Positions 23,060 to 35,884 of a stretch of DNA of 64,000 bases are shown piece by piece. Under the pieces are notes generated by a model. That model saw only the letters and a program-made list of their open reading frames with translations. It searched no databases and was not told the DNA's origin. Position 1 is the first letter of the stretch. Each line of letters starts with the position of its first letter. The position numbers and the translations under genes are program-made. Source of the stretch: Macrostomum hystrix (taxonomy: Eukaryota > Animalia > Platyhelminthes); NCBI GenBank assembly GCA_950097015.1, contig CATNEN010000003.1, forward strand, positions 12,524,001 to 12,588,000. Reading direction: 5' to 3'.

Positions 23060-26000
23060 ATGACTGCAAAGGTGAGTACTTCAAACTTTTAGCACATCAT
23101 TTGTATTCTTGTTGCAAAAAATATTCAGACTCAAAAGGAGGTAATGTATGCCATTAGAACAACAAAATAGCAGATGCAGCACAAAATTGATTTTACAGGC
23201 AAGGCCACCATCTGACGAGACAGTAAAAGTGCTCATTCGCTGTCGGCCTATGAATAAGAATGAAATCGTGGCCAAGTATCCACGCTGCGTTGACATGGAC
23301 ACAGCCAGAGGTGTCATCACTGTCAACAATCCGAATCCAGCGAATAACGAAGTGCCTCGCCAATTCACATTCGACAAGGTGTACGATTCAGACAGCAGGC
23401 AACAAGATCTTTACAGAGAGTCATTCATGCCACTAGTGTCCAGTGTGTTGGAAGGCTTCAATGGCACAATCTTTGCCTATGGCCAGACTGGTAAGTTATT
23501 GCTATGTCAAGAAGTCAAGAAAGTCTTTTATACCCAGCGAACTTAATTGCTTTGTTTGGCTGTCAGGCATTAAATGCACTAGATTGACTGAAGAAATTTA
23601 ATAGTCAATATGTAGGAGAGAGATAAGACAGGGGGTAGATGAGACAAGAGATAAGATAGAGAGATAGGATCTAAGAGATGAGACTGAGAGTGATGAGACA
23701 CTAGAGAGGTATGATATGAGAGATAAGACAGAGAGAAATGAGACAGGGAGAGATAAGACAGAGAAACGGAGATATTAGACACTAGAGAGATAGGATAGGA
23801 GAGATTAAACGGGGAGAGACAAGACAGGGAGAGACGAGACATGAGAGAAAGGAGACAGGGAGAGATAAGACAGAGTATAGGAGAGATGAGACACTAGAGA
23901 GATAGGATAGGAGAGACGTGCAGGATTTTGGGAGAGATCCAGTGTTATCGGAAACAAACCAATTTGTTTATTAATCAGGCACCGGCAAGACCTTCACTAT
24001 GCAGGGTGTGAAAGACGATCCGGAACTGCGCGGTGTTATTCCGCAATCTTTTGAGCACATTTTCAATCACATCAACGAGTCGCAGAATCAGCAGTATCTG
24101 GTTAGAGCGTCCTACATGGAGATCTACATGGAAGATATTAGGGACCTACTGCACAAGGATCAGAACAAACGGTTGGAAATCAAAGAGAAGCCAGACACTG
24201 GAGTCTACGTGAAGGATTTGTCTTCAGTGCTGACAAAGAGTGTCAAAGAGATTGAGAAGGTGATGAATATTGGCAATCAGAATCGTTCTGTTGGAGCTAC
24301 TAAGATGAACGAACAGTCGTCGAGGTCTCATGCCATATTTGTCATCACTATTGAGTGCAGCGAGGTGAGGATCTAGTTTTATATATGCTATATTTTTACT
24401 TGAAAACTTTCAATTTAAATGTGTTAAGTCATAATATTTCAGTTCAGTCATTACCCCTTCCTTTCACAATCTTTCAGTTCAGTCATTACCCCTTCCTTTC
24501 ACAATCTTTCAGTTCAGTCATTACCCCTTCCTTTCCCAATCTTTCAGTTCAGTCATTACCCCTTCCTTTCACAATCTTTCAGTTCAGTCATTACCCCTTC
24601 CTTTCCCAATCTTTCAGTTCAGTCATTACCCCTTCCTTTCACAATCTTTCAGTTCAGTCATTACCCCTTCCTTTCCCAATCTTTCAGTTCAGTCATTACC
24701 CCTTCCTTTCCCAATCTTTCAGTTCAGTCATTACCCTTCCTTTCACAATCTTTCAGTTCAGTCATTACCCCTTCCTTTCACAATCTTTCAGTTCAGTCAT
24801 TACCCTTCCTTTCACAATCTTTCAGTTCAGTCATTAACCCTTCCTTTCCCAATCTTTCAGTTCAGTCATTACCCTTCCTTTCACAATCTTTCAGTTCAGT
24901 CATTACCCCTTCCTTTCACAATCTTTCAGTTCAGTCATTACCCTTCCTTTCACAACCTTTCAGTTCAGTCATTAACCCTTCCTTTCCCAATCTTTCAGTT
25001 CAGTCATTACCCTTCCTTTCACAATCTTTCAGTTCAGTCATTACCCTTCCTTTCACAACCTTTCAGTTCAGTCATTACCCCTTCCTTTCCCAATCTTTCA
25101 GTTCAGTCATTACCCTTCCTTTCCCAATCTTTCAGTTCAGTCATTACTCTTTTGTTTCCAAATCTTTGTTCATGATTATAAGAGTTATGTTATGACAGTT
25201 CTGATAAGAATTTTCCGTGAATTCTTCAGCAAATCGCATCTCCTGATGAGGTAACGACAACTAATATCAAGTCTTGATTAGGAATTTTCTTACTAAGTTT
25301 TTGTTAATATTCACAGATACTAATTTTAAGACTGGAACTACGAGCTATGTCAGTTTAGCCGTTTAAATAGCTTATCTTGTCTTGTCACAGAGCTTTTTGG
25401 TTAGTTCGATGTTTTACACAATTTAACTACGCATTCTTCTACTAATTGTTTTAACGCTTTCTAATCTCAATCAATTTTGTGCACAGCAGACTTATGAAAG
25501 TCTCCGTTGACTCACTGTGCAGGTTCCCTCGATATCGTTTGTGTTGTTTGTTTTCCTAAATTGCTCAGAGTTTTTCAGAAACAACTTTGTCGATGCGTTC
25601 TTTTATTTAGTTTACACAATTAAGTTTGAACGCCTTTGCCTTTTAAAATTCGACTGATATTACTGACACCAACGTGTCTACTCAGTAGTTTTAAAGTCTG
25701 TTCTTGTTAAATTATTGAAAATTCATAAAAACCGTTACCTAGTGCTATATAAAAATGCGTCTATCCTACTGAACCACTTGCTTTTTGAACAGTAGTACAG
25801 ACAGCTTGATTGGAAATCGACAAATAAATAAATAAAATACCTTCACAGCCCGACGCAGAAGGCGAGGCGCACATTCGCGCCGGCAAGTTGAACCTGGTGG
25901 ATTTGGCTGGCAGCGAACGCCAAGCCAAAACAGAAGCCGAAGGCGACCGGCTCAAGGAAGCTACAAAGATTAATTTGTCTCTTAGCGCTCTTGGCAATGT

Positions 26001-28898
26001 TATCTCGGCCTTGGTTGACGGAAAAAGTACGCACATACCTTATCGCGACTCGAAGCTGACTAGGCTGCTACAGGACTCACTTGGTGGCAATGCGAAGACT
26101 GTTATGGTGGCTAACATCGGACCGGCCAGTTACAACTACGAGGAGACCCTCAACACACTGCGTTACGCTAATCGGGCTAAGAATATTAAGAATAAGCCAA
26201 AGATTAATGAGGACCCGAAGGATGCTCTCCTTCGGGAATACCAGACAGAGATTAATCGACTGAAGGTGAGTTATAAAAACCTGATGCTGATATTTATGAT
26301 TTAATACCGAAAATCACATTAGCCGATATGTGCTGAAAAAAATTCTGCTGACTAACGAAAAGTTGAAAGAATTCGATTTTTTCTAAACATATAGGCACAT
26401 TTTGTATACGCAATGTTTAGTTCTATTGTAGCATTGTGTTTCTAAATATTCGTGTTTGGCTGATATTATTTATTATTAGTTTTTAATAAGATTGCCTGTA
26501 AGTGTGAAATCATTACGATTGCAGCTAAGAAACTATTCTTTGAAAGGCCGATATGTATAGAAAAATATGATTTATATTCGTGTTTTGTCGCTTAAAAAAT
26601 GTGCAGGAAATGCTGCAAAAGAAAGGCGGCGGAAGCGCACAAGCGGGCCCTGGCCAGCGTCGACGACGTCGGCGTCGCGGCGGCGACGGAGCTGACGATG
26701 ACGAAGGCGAGGACGAAGGCGCCAGCGAGACGCCGGAGGAATCCGCGGCCGCCTATCAGCGTCAACGCGAGGAGGAGCTCAAAGCAGAGAAAGATTCAAT
26801 CCTGAGTAATAAGAACCTGCTGAAGGAGGAGAAGGATCGCCTGATGAAGGACGTCCAGGCCAAAGAAGACGCGTTGAAGTCGGAGATGAAAGGCAAGAAA
26901 GAGCTGGAAGAGAAGATCAAAGCGATGGAGAGCAAGCTGCTGCACGGAGACGCCAAGCATCTCAAGAAGGTCACCAAAGAACAGGAGGAACAGATACGCA
27001 AAACAGAAGAGGAGATTGCCGAGCAGAAAAAAAAGGTTTGTTTTATTTAAGCGAAAAAAAATATCTTTATTATATTTGTCGTTCCCGATATGTATCGCAA
27101 AATGCATATCTTGGTCAGAAGTCCAGAAATGTACTTTTTCCGTTTTATCAGGTTCACCGATATGTATCGAAACGTTTTTATTGGTGAAATTTACCGGATG
27201 CTCCGATATGTATTGAAATTTACATCGATATAGCTGCCCTATATGTGTAGAAAATTTCGTAAATTCACTTTATAAAAAAACAAATGCATTTGTTCGCTTT
27301 CAAACAACAGGAGGAAAAGATGCAACAGGAGATGGAGGACAAAGAACTGGAGATGGGCAACTTTGAACAGAAGTACAACAGTCTGCAGCAGGCGGTTGAG
27401 GATAAAACTAGGAAGCTAAAAAAACTGATGAGTCGACTGCAACAGATGAGGCAGGAGATTAGCGATCTGCAGGTGAGAAACTCTGCCTTACCGAAATCTC
27501 TGAAATATATAATATAATTATTCTATAATATCCCACATTAATATAAAAAATATATATTTAATAATCCAGAAAAAAACGAAAGAGCACCTGTCTCATCTCT
27601 TGTGTCTCATCTCTCATGTGTCTCATGTCTCATATTTCTCATGTCCCACGTGTCTCATGTCTCATGTGTCTATCTCTCACGTGTCCCATATCTCACGTGT
27701 CTCATGTCTCACGTGTCTCATGTCTCATGTCTCATGTGTCTCATGTCTCTTGTGTCTCATCTCTCATGTGTCTCATGTCTCATGTCTCATGTGTCTCATG
27801 TGTCTCATGTCTCATGTGTCTCATGTGTCTCATGTCTCATGTGTCTCATCTCTCATGTGTCTCATGTCTCATGTCTCATGTGTCTCATCTCTCATGTTTT
27901 TCATGTCTCATGTCCCACGTGTCTCATGTCTCATGTCTCATGTCTCATGTGTCTCATATGTCTCATGTCCCACGTGTCTCATGTCTCATGTCTCATGTCT
28001 CATGTGTCTCATATGTCTCATGTCCCACGTGTCTCATGTCTCATGTCTCATGTCTCATGTGTCTCATGTCTCATGTCTCATGTCTCATGTGTCTCATGTC
28101 TCATGTCTCATGTCTCATGTGTCTCATATGTCTCATGTCCCACGTGTCTCATGTCTCATGTCTCATGTCTCATGTGTCTCATGTCTCATGTGTCTCATGT
28201 GTCTCATGTCTCATGTGTCTCATCTCTCATGTTTTTCATGTCTCATGTCTCATGTGTCTCATGTGTCTCATGTCTCATGCTCAACTGAATTTCAACCTCA
28301 GGAGGAGCACAGGCGAGAGCGTCAGGAGCTCGAGACCACCCAGGAGGAGCTCACAAAGGAGGTGAAGTTCAAGCAGCTAATCATAGACAATTTCATTCCG
28401 CCGGAGGATTTCGAACGCGTCAAAGTTCGCTCCGTATTCGACGAGGAGGCCGACGAGTGGCTGCTGAAGGCGCCGTCAGCCGGAGAACGCATGGCCGCCA
28501 GGCCGCGCTCCGCCGTAGCAGGCCGACGTCGGCCAATGTCCGAGTACGCTCGCCTTGCAGCTCAGATGGGCGAAAATCCGCGCTACCGCGGCGAAAATCT
28601 GATCCGGCTGAATCTGGACATGCCCAATCGCACTACTCGCGAGTACGAAGCGCCAGACATGGCGCCGCAGGTGCGCAGCGCCCTTGACGCCGCTCTCCAA
28701 GTTGAAGACGATCTAGATATCGACGGCCAGCCAAAGATTTTTAAAAGCAATGCGCCTGTGATTAGGCCGAAGTCGACAACGTCTAGGAGGGGCGGCGGTG
28801 ACGGCAGCGGCGGCGGCGGCAGTGCCACCGGTGGCGGAAGTCGTTCGCGCGACAGGCGTCAAGAATTTCCGAGCAGTCGTGGACTTGTTGGCAAATAA
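23060..28898 (+). CDS. KIF3B: Kinesin-2 motor subunit, KIF3B-like (KRP95/KLP68D type), 764 aa, 7 coding exons
   Basis: Exons 23060-23071, 23199-23490, 23979-24364, 25849-26265, 26607-27035, 27311-27472, 28302-28898 (all GT-AG, 2295 nt in frame). P-loop GQTGTGKT across intron 2, switch I SSRSH, switch [10 protein letters not shown], neck [18 protein letters not shown], tail [10 protein letters not shown] and C-terminal [10 protein letters not shown]. Confidence 0.95.
23605..23920. repeat. Degenerate purine-rich repeat (GAGAGATAAGACA/GAGATGAGACA), kinesin intron 2
   Basis: Recurrent GAGAGAT(A/G)AGACA units. Confidence 0.75.
24435..25160. repeat. 35-bp minisatellite (CTTTCAGTTCAGTCATTACCCCTTCCTTTCACAAT), kinesin intron 3
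   Basis: About 20 units of 34-35 bp. Confidence 0.95.
27588..28280. repeat. TGTCTCA-based micro/minisatellite, kinesin intron 6
   Basis: 7- and 9-nt units; explains the spurious N-terminal half of ORF 27600..28898. Confidence 0.95.
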
Positions 28899-29029
28899 CT
28901 CTATTTGGCTCCCGTTTGAAGGTTGGGAAAATGCGAAATCAACTCTGAATTGTTGGCCTCATTCACCTGAGCTTTATGTTATCTGTCTCTTTTGGGTCAT
29001 TGACGTTCTCTTGGTTTCTTCTGTGTTTT

Positions 29030-30157
29030 TGATCCATCACATCCTTTCCCTGGAGGTTCATTTTTGTTCCTGAACCATCAAATCCTTCCCTGATAGTTCA
29101 GTGTTGTTCCTGAACCATCACATTCTTCCCTGAAGGTTCATTGTTGTTCCTGAACCATCACATCCTTCCCTGTAGGTTCAGTGTTGTTCCTGAACCATCA
29201 CATCCTTCCCTGTAGGTTCATTGTTGTTCCTGAACCATCACATCCTTCCCTGTAGGTTCATTGTCGTTCCTGAACCATTACATCCTTCCCTGTAGGTTCA
29301 TTGTTGTTCCTGAACCATCACATCCTTCCCTGTAGGTTCATTGTCGTTCCTGAACCATTACATCCTTCCCTGAAGGTTCATTGTTGTTCCTGAACCATCA
29401 CATCCTTCCCTGTAGGTTCAGTGTTGTTCCTGAACCATCACATCCTTCCCTGTAGGTTCATTGTCGTTCCTGAACCATTACATCCTTCCCTGAAGGTTCA
29501 TTGTTGTTCCTGAACCATCACATCCTTCCCTGTAGGTTCAGTGTTGTTCCTGAACCATCACATCCTTCCCTGAAGGTTCATTTTTGTTCCTGAACCATCA
29601 AATCCTTCCCTGATAGTTCAGTGTTGTTCCTGAACCATCACATCCTTCCCTGAAGGTTCATTGTTGTTCCTGAACCATTACATCCTTCCCTGTAGGTTCA
29701 TTGTCGTTCCTGAACCATCACATCCTTCCCTATAGGTTCAGTGTTGTTCCTGAACCATCACATCCTTCCCTGTAGGTTGATTGTCGTTCCTGAACCATCA
29801 CATTCTTCCCTGAAGGTTCATTGTCGTTCCTGAACCATAACATCCTTCCCTGAAGGTTCATTGTTGTTCCTGAACCATTACATCCTTCCCTGAAGGTTCA
29901 GTGTTGTTCCTGAACCATAACATCCTTCCCTGTAGGTTCATTGTTGTTCCTGAACCATCACATCCTTCCCTGTAGGTTCAGTGTTGTTCCTGAACCATCA
30001 CATCCTTCCCTGTAGGTTCATTGTTGTTCCTGAACCATCACATCCTTCCCTGTAGGTTCAGTGTTGTTCCTGAACCATCACATCCTTCCCTGTAGGTTCA
30101 TTGTTGTTCCTGAACCATCACATCCTTCCCTGTAGGTTCAGTGTTGTTCCTGAACCG
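29030..30157. repeat. 40-bp minisatellite (CCTGAACCATCACATCCTTCCCTGTAGGTTCATTGTTGTT) just 3' of the kinesin stop
   Basis: About 28 units in exact 40-nt register; each has the inverted pair TGAACC/GGTTCA. Confidence 0.95.
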
Positions 30158-30387
30158 TCGTTACTGCTCCAAATATTAGAAGGTTCTGTTCCTGAATTCT
30201 TACCCAAGTCTGCACTGTTGTGATAGGTTCTACCTTCTTGTGGTGATTTAATTGTGTGTTTGCTTAATTATGTGAGCATTCAAGCTTTGTAAGCTTTTAA
30301 GCTACGAGTAAAACTTTATGGACTAAGCCTTAAAGTTCTCAATAATGTCAGCTTGGGTCATTCACAATCATAAACTAATCATATTAA

Positions 30388-30660
30388 GGGCTTGTAGCCT
30401 AGTGGTTAGAGCGTCGGACTCGTGAGTTGAAGGTCAGGGGTTCGACACCCGACTCCATTGTAATAAATTGTGTCCTTTCGAAAGACACTTAACTCTAGAT
30501 TTATTCAGTTCAGTATGAGCTGGGGTGATTAAGGGTGGGTGTGGCGTCCCCCCAGTCCATGGACTGAACAGCTGTACGCGCCGCGCAATAGCTGCGACTG
30601 TGCTGTCGACTGCACATCTGGTTCAATCGGGCCTATATAAACTGTACTAAATAAAGTACA
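30388..30660 (+). mobile_element. tRNA-derived SINE with CORE-like central segment
   Basis: A box TAGCCTAGTGG, B box GGTTCGACACCC, imperfect cloverleaf; then TTGTGTCCTTTCGAAAGACACTTAAC (resembles the CORE consensus TGTGNCCTTGGGCAAGNCACTTAAC); AT-rich tail CCTATATAAACTGTACTAAATAAA. Confidence 0.75.
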
Positions 30661-31326
30661 GTATAGACTTTTGAATCTCTATCGTATTAACCAGAAGTTT
30701 AGTTGACAATAAACGAATGACTAAACCATTACGTAGGGTTTTTACAATTTTTTTCTAAACTAATTTTTTTTATTCCGTCCTTTTTGGTCTCAATATCAAG
30801 TCTGGCATAAATAAATTTGTTAATAATATATCACACTGCCTGCCTTTTACTGTAGCAATTTATATAGTACTTCTACTCGTATAATGTCACCTGAGTTTAT
30901 AACATTCTTTTTAGCTGTACCTACTATGTCTATGTTATTAGCTAGCAGTAAAATAAAATCTGATGTTGGAAAAAACTAGTTTTCCTGTTAGTCGTTCAAT
31001 TTTAAGTAATACTATCATTCTATCTTTGACAGCCTTTTTTGCTACTTATAAGTAGCGGGAGTGGTATATTAGCAAGTTTTTTTCATTGTTTTTGTTTTAT
31101 CTATTTAAAAAAGTTGGTTATTTTTTATAACTCAGCAAATGTACATGTAACAACTGCTTTCACACTAATTGGATACATTTATTGAAGGATTTCTGAATAC
31201 ACACCTCTGCAGGAGCTTGTGCAACTTTTTATCGGTGTTCAAAAATACATAGCAAGTAGATTTGTAAATCATGCCGTTAAAATCAGACAGACACGATGCC
31301 ACTATGTTAGTTCATTTCGTTTAACG

Positions 31327-34300
31327 TCTTCAGGACATCAGACACAACCTCCAGTTCTTCAGGACATCAGACACAACCTCCAGTTCTTCAGGACATCAGA
31401 CACAACCTCCAGTTCTTCAGGACATCAGACACAACCTCCAGTTCTTCAGGACATCAGACACAATCTCCAGTTCTTCAGGACATCAGACACAATCTCCAGT
31501 TCTTCAGGACATCAGACACAACCTCCAGTTCTTCAGGACATCAGACACAACCTCCAGTTCTTCAGGACATCAGACACAACCTCCAGTTCTTCAGGACATC
31601 AGACACAACCTCTAGTTCTTCAGGACATCAGTCTCAATCTCCAGTTCTTCAGGACATCAGACACAACCTCCAGTTCTTCAGGACATCAGTCTCAATCTCC
31701 AGTTCTTCAGGACATCAGACACAACCTCCAGTTCTTCAGGACATCAGACACAACCTCCAGTTCTTCAGGACATCAGTCTCAATCTCCAGTTCTTCAGGAC
31801 ATCAGTCTCAACCTCCAGTTCTTCAATCCATCAGACACAACCTCCAGTTCTTCAGGACATCAGTCTCAATCTCCAGTTCTTCAGGACATCAGACACAACC
31901 TCCAGTTCTTCAGGACATCAGACACAACCTCCAGTTCTTCAGGACATCAGACACAACCTCCAGTTCTTCAGGACATCAGTCTCAATCTCCAGTTCTTCAG
32001 GACATCAGTCTCAATCTCCAGTTCTTCAGGACATCAGTCTCAACCTCCAGTTCTTCAGGACATCAGTCACAATCTCCAGTTCGTCAGGACATCAGACACA
32101 ACCTCCAGTTCTTCAGGACATCAGACACAACCTCCAGTTCTTCAGGACATCAGACACAACCTCCAGTTCTTCAGGACATCAGACACAACCTCTAGTTCTT
32201 CAGGACATCAGTCTCAATCTCCAGTTCTTCAGGACATCAGACACAACCTCCAGTTCTTCAGGACATCAGTCTCAATCTCCAGTTCTTCAGGACATCAGAC
32301 ACAACCTCCAGTTCTTCAGGACATCAGACACAACCTCCAGTTCTTCAGGACATCAGTCTCAATCTCCAGTTCTTCAGGACATCAGTCTCAACCTCCAGTT
32401 CTTCAATCCATCAGACACAACCTCCAGTTCTTCAGGACATCAGTCTCAATCTCCAGTTCTTCAGGACATCAGACACAACCTCCAGTTCTTCAGGACATCA
32501 GACACAACCTCCAGTTCTTCAGGACATCAGACACAACCTCCAGTTCTTCAGGACATCAGACACAACCTCCAGTTCTTCAGGACATCAGACACAACCTCCA
32601 GTTCTTCAGGACATCAGACACAACCTCTAGTTCTTCAGGACATCAGTCTCAATCTCCAGTTCTTCAGGACATCAGACACAACCTCCAGTTCTTCAGGACA
32701 TCAGTCTCAATCTCCAGTTCTTCAGGACATCAGACACAACCTCCAGTTCTTCAGGACATCAGACACAACCTCCAGTTCTTCAGGACATCAGTCTCAATCT
32801 CCAGTTCTTCAGGACATCAGTCTCAACCTCCAGTTCTTCAATCCATCAGACACAACCTCCAGTTCTTCAGGACATCAGTCTCAATCTCCAGTTCTTCAGG
32901 ACATCAGACACAACCTCCAGTTCTTCAGGACATCAGACACAACCTCCAGTTCTTCAGGACATCAGACACAACCTCCAGTTCTTCAGGACATCAGTCTCAA
33001 TCTCCAGTTCTTCAGGACATCAGTCTCAATCTCCAGTTCTTCAGGACATCAGTCTCAACCTCCAGTTCTTCAGGACATCAGTCACAATCTCCAGTTCGTC
33101 AGGACATCAGACACAACCTCCAGTTCTTCAGGACATCAGACACAACCTCCAGTTCTTCAGGACATCAGACACAACCTCCAGTTCTTCAGGACATCAGACA
33201 CAACCTCTAGTTCTTCAGGACATCAGTCTCAATCTCCAGTTCTTCAGGACATCAGACACAACCTCCAGTTCTTCAGGACATCAGTCTCAATCTCCAGTTC
33301 TTCAGGACATCAGACACAACCTCCAGTTCTTCAGGACATCAGACACAACCTCCAGTTCTTCAGGACATCAGTCTCAATCTCCAGTTCTTCAGGACATCAG
33401 TCTCAACCTCCAGTTCTTCAATCCATCAGACACAACCTCCAGTTCTTCAGGACATCAGTCTCAATCTCCAGTTCTTCAGGACATCAGACACAACCTCCAG
33501 TTCTTCAGGACATCAGACACAACCTCCAGTTCTTCAGGACATCAGACACAACCTCCAGTTCTTCAGGACATCAGTCTCAATCTCCAGTTCTTCAGGACAT
33601 CAGTCTCAATCTCCAGTTCTTCAGGACATCAGTCTCAACCTCCAGTTCTTCAGGACATCAGTCACAATCTCCAGTTCGTCAGGACATCAGACACAACCTC
33701 CAGTTCTTCAGGACATCAGACACAACCTCCAGTTCTTCAGGACATCAGACACAACCTCCAGTTCTTCAGGACATCAGACACAACCTCCAGTTCTTCAGGA
33801 CATCAGTCTCAATCTCCAGTTCTTCAGGACATCAGACACAACCTCCAGTTCTTCAGGACATCAGTCTCAATCTCCAGTTCTTCAGGACATCAGACACAAC
33901 CTCCAGTTCTTCAGGACATCAGACACAACCTCCAGTTCTTCAGGACATCAGTCTCAATCTCCAGTTCTTCAGGACATCAGACACAACCTCCAGTTCTTCA
34001 GGACATCAGACACAACCTCCAGTTCTTCAGGACATCAGTCTCAATCTCCAGTTCTTCAGGACATCAGACACAACCTCCAGTTCTTCAGGACATCAGACAC
34101 AACCTCCAGTTCTTCAGGACATCAGACACAACCTCCAGTTCTTCAGGACATCAGACACAACCTCCAGTTCTTCAGGACATCAGTCTCAATCTCCAGTTCT
34201 TCAGGACATCAGTCTCAATCTCCAGTTCTTCAGGACATCAGACACAACCTCCAGTTCTTCAGGACATCAGACACAACCTCCAGTTCTTCAGGACATCAGA

Positions 34301-35232
34301 CACAACCTCCAGTTCTTCAGGACATCAGACACAACCTCCAGTTCTTCAGGACATCAGACACAACCTCCAGTTCTTCAGGACATCAGACACAACCTCCAGT
34401 TCTTCAGGACATCAGACACAACCTCCAGTTCTTCAGGACATCAGACACAACCTCCAGTTCTTCAGGACATCAGACACAACCTCCAGTTCTTCAGGACATC
34501 AGTCTCAACCTCCAGTTCTTCAGGACATCAGTCTCAACCTCCAGTTCTTCAATCCATCAGTCTCAATCTCCAGTTCTTCAGGACATCAGTCTCAATCTCC
34601 AGTTCTTCAGGACATCAGTCTCAATCTCCAGTTCTTCAGGACATCAGACACAACCTCCAGTTCTTCAGGACATCAGACACAACCTCCAGTTCTTCAGGAC
34701 ATCAGACACAACCTCCAGTTCTTCAGGACATCAGACACAACCTCCAGTTCTTCAGGACATCAGTCTCAATCTCCAGTTCTTCAGGACATCAGTCTCAACC
34801 TCCAGTTCTTCAGGACATCAGTCTCAACCTCCAGTTCTTCAATCCATCAGTCACAATCTCCAGTTCTTCAGGACATCAGACACAACCTCCAGTTCTTCAG
34901 GACATCAGTCTCAATCTCCAGTTCTTCAGGACATCAGTCTCAATCTCCAGTTCTTCAGGACATCAGGCACAACCTCCAGTTCTTCAGGACATCAGACACA
35001 ACCTCCAGTTCTTCAGGACATCAGTCTCAACCTCCAGTTCTTCAGGACATCAGTCACAATCTCCAGTTCTTCAGGACATCAGACACAACCTCCAGTTCTT
35101 CAGGACATCAGTCTCAATCTCCAGTTCTTCAGGACATCAGACACAACCTCCAGTTCTTCAGGACATCAGACACAACCTCCAGTTCTTCAGGACATCAGAC
35201 ACAACCTCCAGTTCTTCAGGACATCAGACACA
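31327..35232. repeat. 29-bp satellite (CAGTTCTTCAGGACATCAGACACAACCTC), about 135 units
   Basis: Exact 29-nt register with discrete variants (GACACAACC / GTCTCAATC / GTCTCAACC). Confidence 0.97.
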
Positions 35233-35852
35233 TCAGCCGCTATCAAGGACGTGTGAAATATGAAGTTAAATTCGAATTTCAAACAATTTTCCTTATATAT
35301 TTGAATGGTATGAGGCCAGTGGTTTAGAAATAAATGTAGTAGCTGATTCCAAGCAATAGCAGTGCAATGATATTTTATACATATTATAACTCTGAAATAA
35401 GGTTTAGAAAGTATTTTTGCAATAAAATCAATAGAGAGTTATGCATAAAAAGATCAACATAAAAATGTGATAATGCTGTACATACAAATCTAAAAAATAA
35501 TTTTACATGCGTCGATGCAGTCTAAACTATCAAAATGTCCATCTTAATTGACATTTCAATGCTGCATTTCCAGATCGAAAGCTGCAAATACAGTGGCAAT
35601 GAAGTAAATCAGTTTTTCACATTGTTAAAAAATATACACTACATGTTTAGGACTAAAGCAATAGGAAATGCGATTTAACATTCTGTGCGCTTAAATAATT
35701 ATGGAATTGCTGAAGCTCTCGTCTAACTAAAAGAGCTAATTGACATTAATCAAAAGTGCATGTTTTAGAACGCTTCGTTTAGTTTTTCTGCACTCTACGG
35801 TGATTGGACCAAGGGGCTTGCAAAACTCTTGACAAGTTTACAGAATAGTCCC

Positions 35853-35867
35853 GTTGCCATGGGTAAC
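35853..35867. promoter_or_regulatory. RFX X-box consensus match
   Basis: GTTGCC-ATG-GGTAAC fits GTNRCC(N0-3)RGYAAC; inverted CCAAT (GATTGG) at 35801-35806. Confidence 0.45.
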
Positions 35868-35884
35868 TAGACAAACAAATTTTT

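Noticed and set aside
25243-25290. CTGATGAG as a second hammerhead (also CTGATGA near 40890 and on the minus strand near 38480)
   Set aside because: No stem II followed by GAAA and a cleavage triplet in the right arrangement
27600-28301. Cys/His/Ser-rich N-terminus of ORF 27600..28898
   Set aside because: Intronic TGTCTCA repeat; the real exon begins at 28302
29030-30157. CRISPR-like appearance of palindromic repeats (also 48745-49345)
   Set aside because: Head-to-tail units without unique spacers, no cas genes, eukaryotic context
30388-30460. Functional tRNA gene
   Set aside because: Acceptor and anticodon stems pair poorly, no poly-T terminator, continues into a SINE-like body
31219-33210. 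663-aa ORF
   Set aside because: Translation of the 29-bp satellite cycling through three frames; GTG start; no unique domain
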